The position numbers and the translations under genes were made by a program. This document shows, piece after piece, positions 34,895 to 35,933 of a DNA stretch of 35,933 nt (position 1 is its first letter; the number at the start of each line of letters is the position of its first letter). The notes below the pieces were generated by a model. It was not told the origin of the DNA, did no database searches, and saw nothing but the letters and a program-made list of their open reading frames with translations. The stretch is from a virus (Duplodnaviria; Heunggongvirae; Uroviricota; Caudoviricetes): the IMG/VR virus record IMGVR_UViG_2684623171_000008; one strand, given 5' to 3'.

Positions 34895-34952
34895 TCACTG
34901 TCGAAGAGTCACCGTAAAATCAACGCCATGACACTTCAGCAGAACGGATACC

Positions 34953-35933
34953 ATGCTGACACTTGCCCGCCAACAACAGCGACAAAATATTCGCTGGTTA
35001 TTATGCCTGTCAGTTTTGATGCTGCTGGCGCTTCTCTTAAGCCTTTGCGCCGGTGAACAATGGATCTCGCCAGGTGACTGGTTTTCTCCTCGTGGCGAAC
35101 TGTTCGTCTGGCAAATTCGCCTGCCACGTACGCTGGCTGTATTGCTGGTTGGTGCGGCGCTGGCTATATCCGGCGCTGTAATGCAGGCGTTGTTTGAAAA
35201 TCCTCTGGCAGAACCTGGACTACTTGGCGTCTCTAACGGCGCAGGCGTGGGGCTTATCGCCGCGGTATTGCTTGGGCAAGGGCAACTCCCCAACTGGGCG
35301 CTAGGGCTGTGTGCGATTGCTGGGGCGCTTATCATCACTTTAATACTCTTACGTTTCGCCCGTCGTCATCTTTCGACCAGTCGGTTATTGCTGGCTGGCG
35401 TTGCATTAGGGATTATCTGTAGCGCACTAATGACGTGGGCTATCTACTTTTCCACCTCTGTTGATTTACGTCAGCTGATGTACTGGATGATGGGCGGTTT
35501 TGGCGGCGTAGACTGGCGGCAAAGCTGGCTGATGCTGGCATTGATCCCCATGTTGTTGTGGATCTGTTGTCAGTCCAGGCCGATGAATATGTTAGCACTT
35601 GGCGAGATCTCGGCGCGGCAACTGGGTTTACCCCTGTGGTTCTGGCGCAATGTGCTGGTGGCAGCGACCGGCTGGATGGTTGGCGTCAGTGTAGCGCTGG
35701 CGGGTGCTATCGGCTTTATTGGTCTGGTGATCCCACATATTCTTCGGTTGTGTGGTTTAACCGATCATCGCGCATTACTTCCCGGCTGCGCGCTGGCAGG
35801 GGCGAGCGCATTGCTGCTGGCCGATATTGTAGCGCGCCTGGCATTAGCTGCCGCAGAGCTGCCTATTGGCGTGGTCACCGCAACGTTGGGTGCGCCGGTG
35901 TTTATCTGGTTATTGTTAAAAGCAGGACGTTAG
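34953..35933 (+). CDS. btuC: Vitamin B12 ABC transporter permease BtuC (host gene, complete)
   Basis: 326 aa; 10-TM permease whose sequence I recognise as enterobacterial BtuC; ends with TAG at the window edge. Confidence 0.95.
   Translation: MLTLARQQQRQNIRWLLCLSVLMLLALLLSLCAGEQWISPGDWFSPRGELFVWQIRLPRTLAVLLVGAALAISGAVMQALFENPLAEPGLLGVSNGAGVGLIAAVLLGQGQLPNWALGLCAIAGALIITLILLRFARRHLSTSRLLLAGVALGIICSALMTWAIYFSTSVDLRQLMYWMMGGFGGVDWRQSWLMLALIPMLLWICCQSRPMNMLALGEISARQLGLPLWFWRNVLVAATGWMVGVSVALAGAIGFIGLVIPHILRLCGLTDHRALLPGCALAGASALLLADIVARLALAAAELPIGVVTATLGAPVFIWLLLKAGR

Larger units (their letters stand above)
150..34900. mobile_element. P2-like temperate prophage (boundaries approximate; att sites not resolved)
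   Basis: Near-complete P2 gene set in prophage order: ogr, D, FI-FII-E-T-U, H/tfa, I-J-W-V-S-R, lysis cassette, X, L-M-N-O, P, Q, A, cox, C, int. Host btuC follows at 34953. Confidence 0.85.

Noticed and set aside
1-35933. tRNA genes, CRISPR arrays, IS elements or transposases
   Set aside because: No cloverleaf-like sequence, no regularly spaced short repeat array and no transposase-like ORF were seen; the only site-specific recombinases are the integrase and the invertase.

Overview
Almost the whole window (about 0.15-34.9 kb) is a P2-like temperate prophage lying next to the host btuC gene (34953-35933, complete). Gene calls rest on recognisable protein motifs and conserved P2 gene order read from the supplied translations; no database search was run. 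Reading from the right: int and C repressor (+), cox and an early operon ending in the rolling-circle initiator A (-), a cargo locus, the presumed cos region, portal Q and terminase P (+), then O-N-M-L-X-holin-endolysin-spanins-R-S-V-W-J-I-H-tfa (-), a Gin/Pin-type invertase with an invertible tail-fibre segment, the tail block FI-FII-E/E'-T-U (+), then D, a cargo gene and ogr (-). The most notable features are: (1) a ParM/ParR-like actin-type partition cassette with upstream direct repeats where P2 carries old/tin; (2) a tail-fibre inversion switch whose two crossover sites can be read directly and would give an in-frame C-terminus swap; (3) the FI-U block is inverted relative to D and to canonical P2 order; (4) AT-rich cargo at three places: a T5orf172/GIY-YIG-like gene between D and ogr, a zinc-ribbon plus coiled-coil membrane protein pair coupled to int, and a Hok-like toxin frame at the left edge. 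No tRNA, CRISPR array or transposase was seen. Prophage boundaries and att sites could not be fixed from this window alone.
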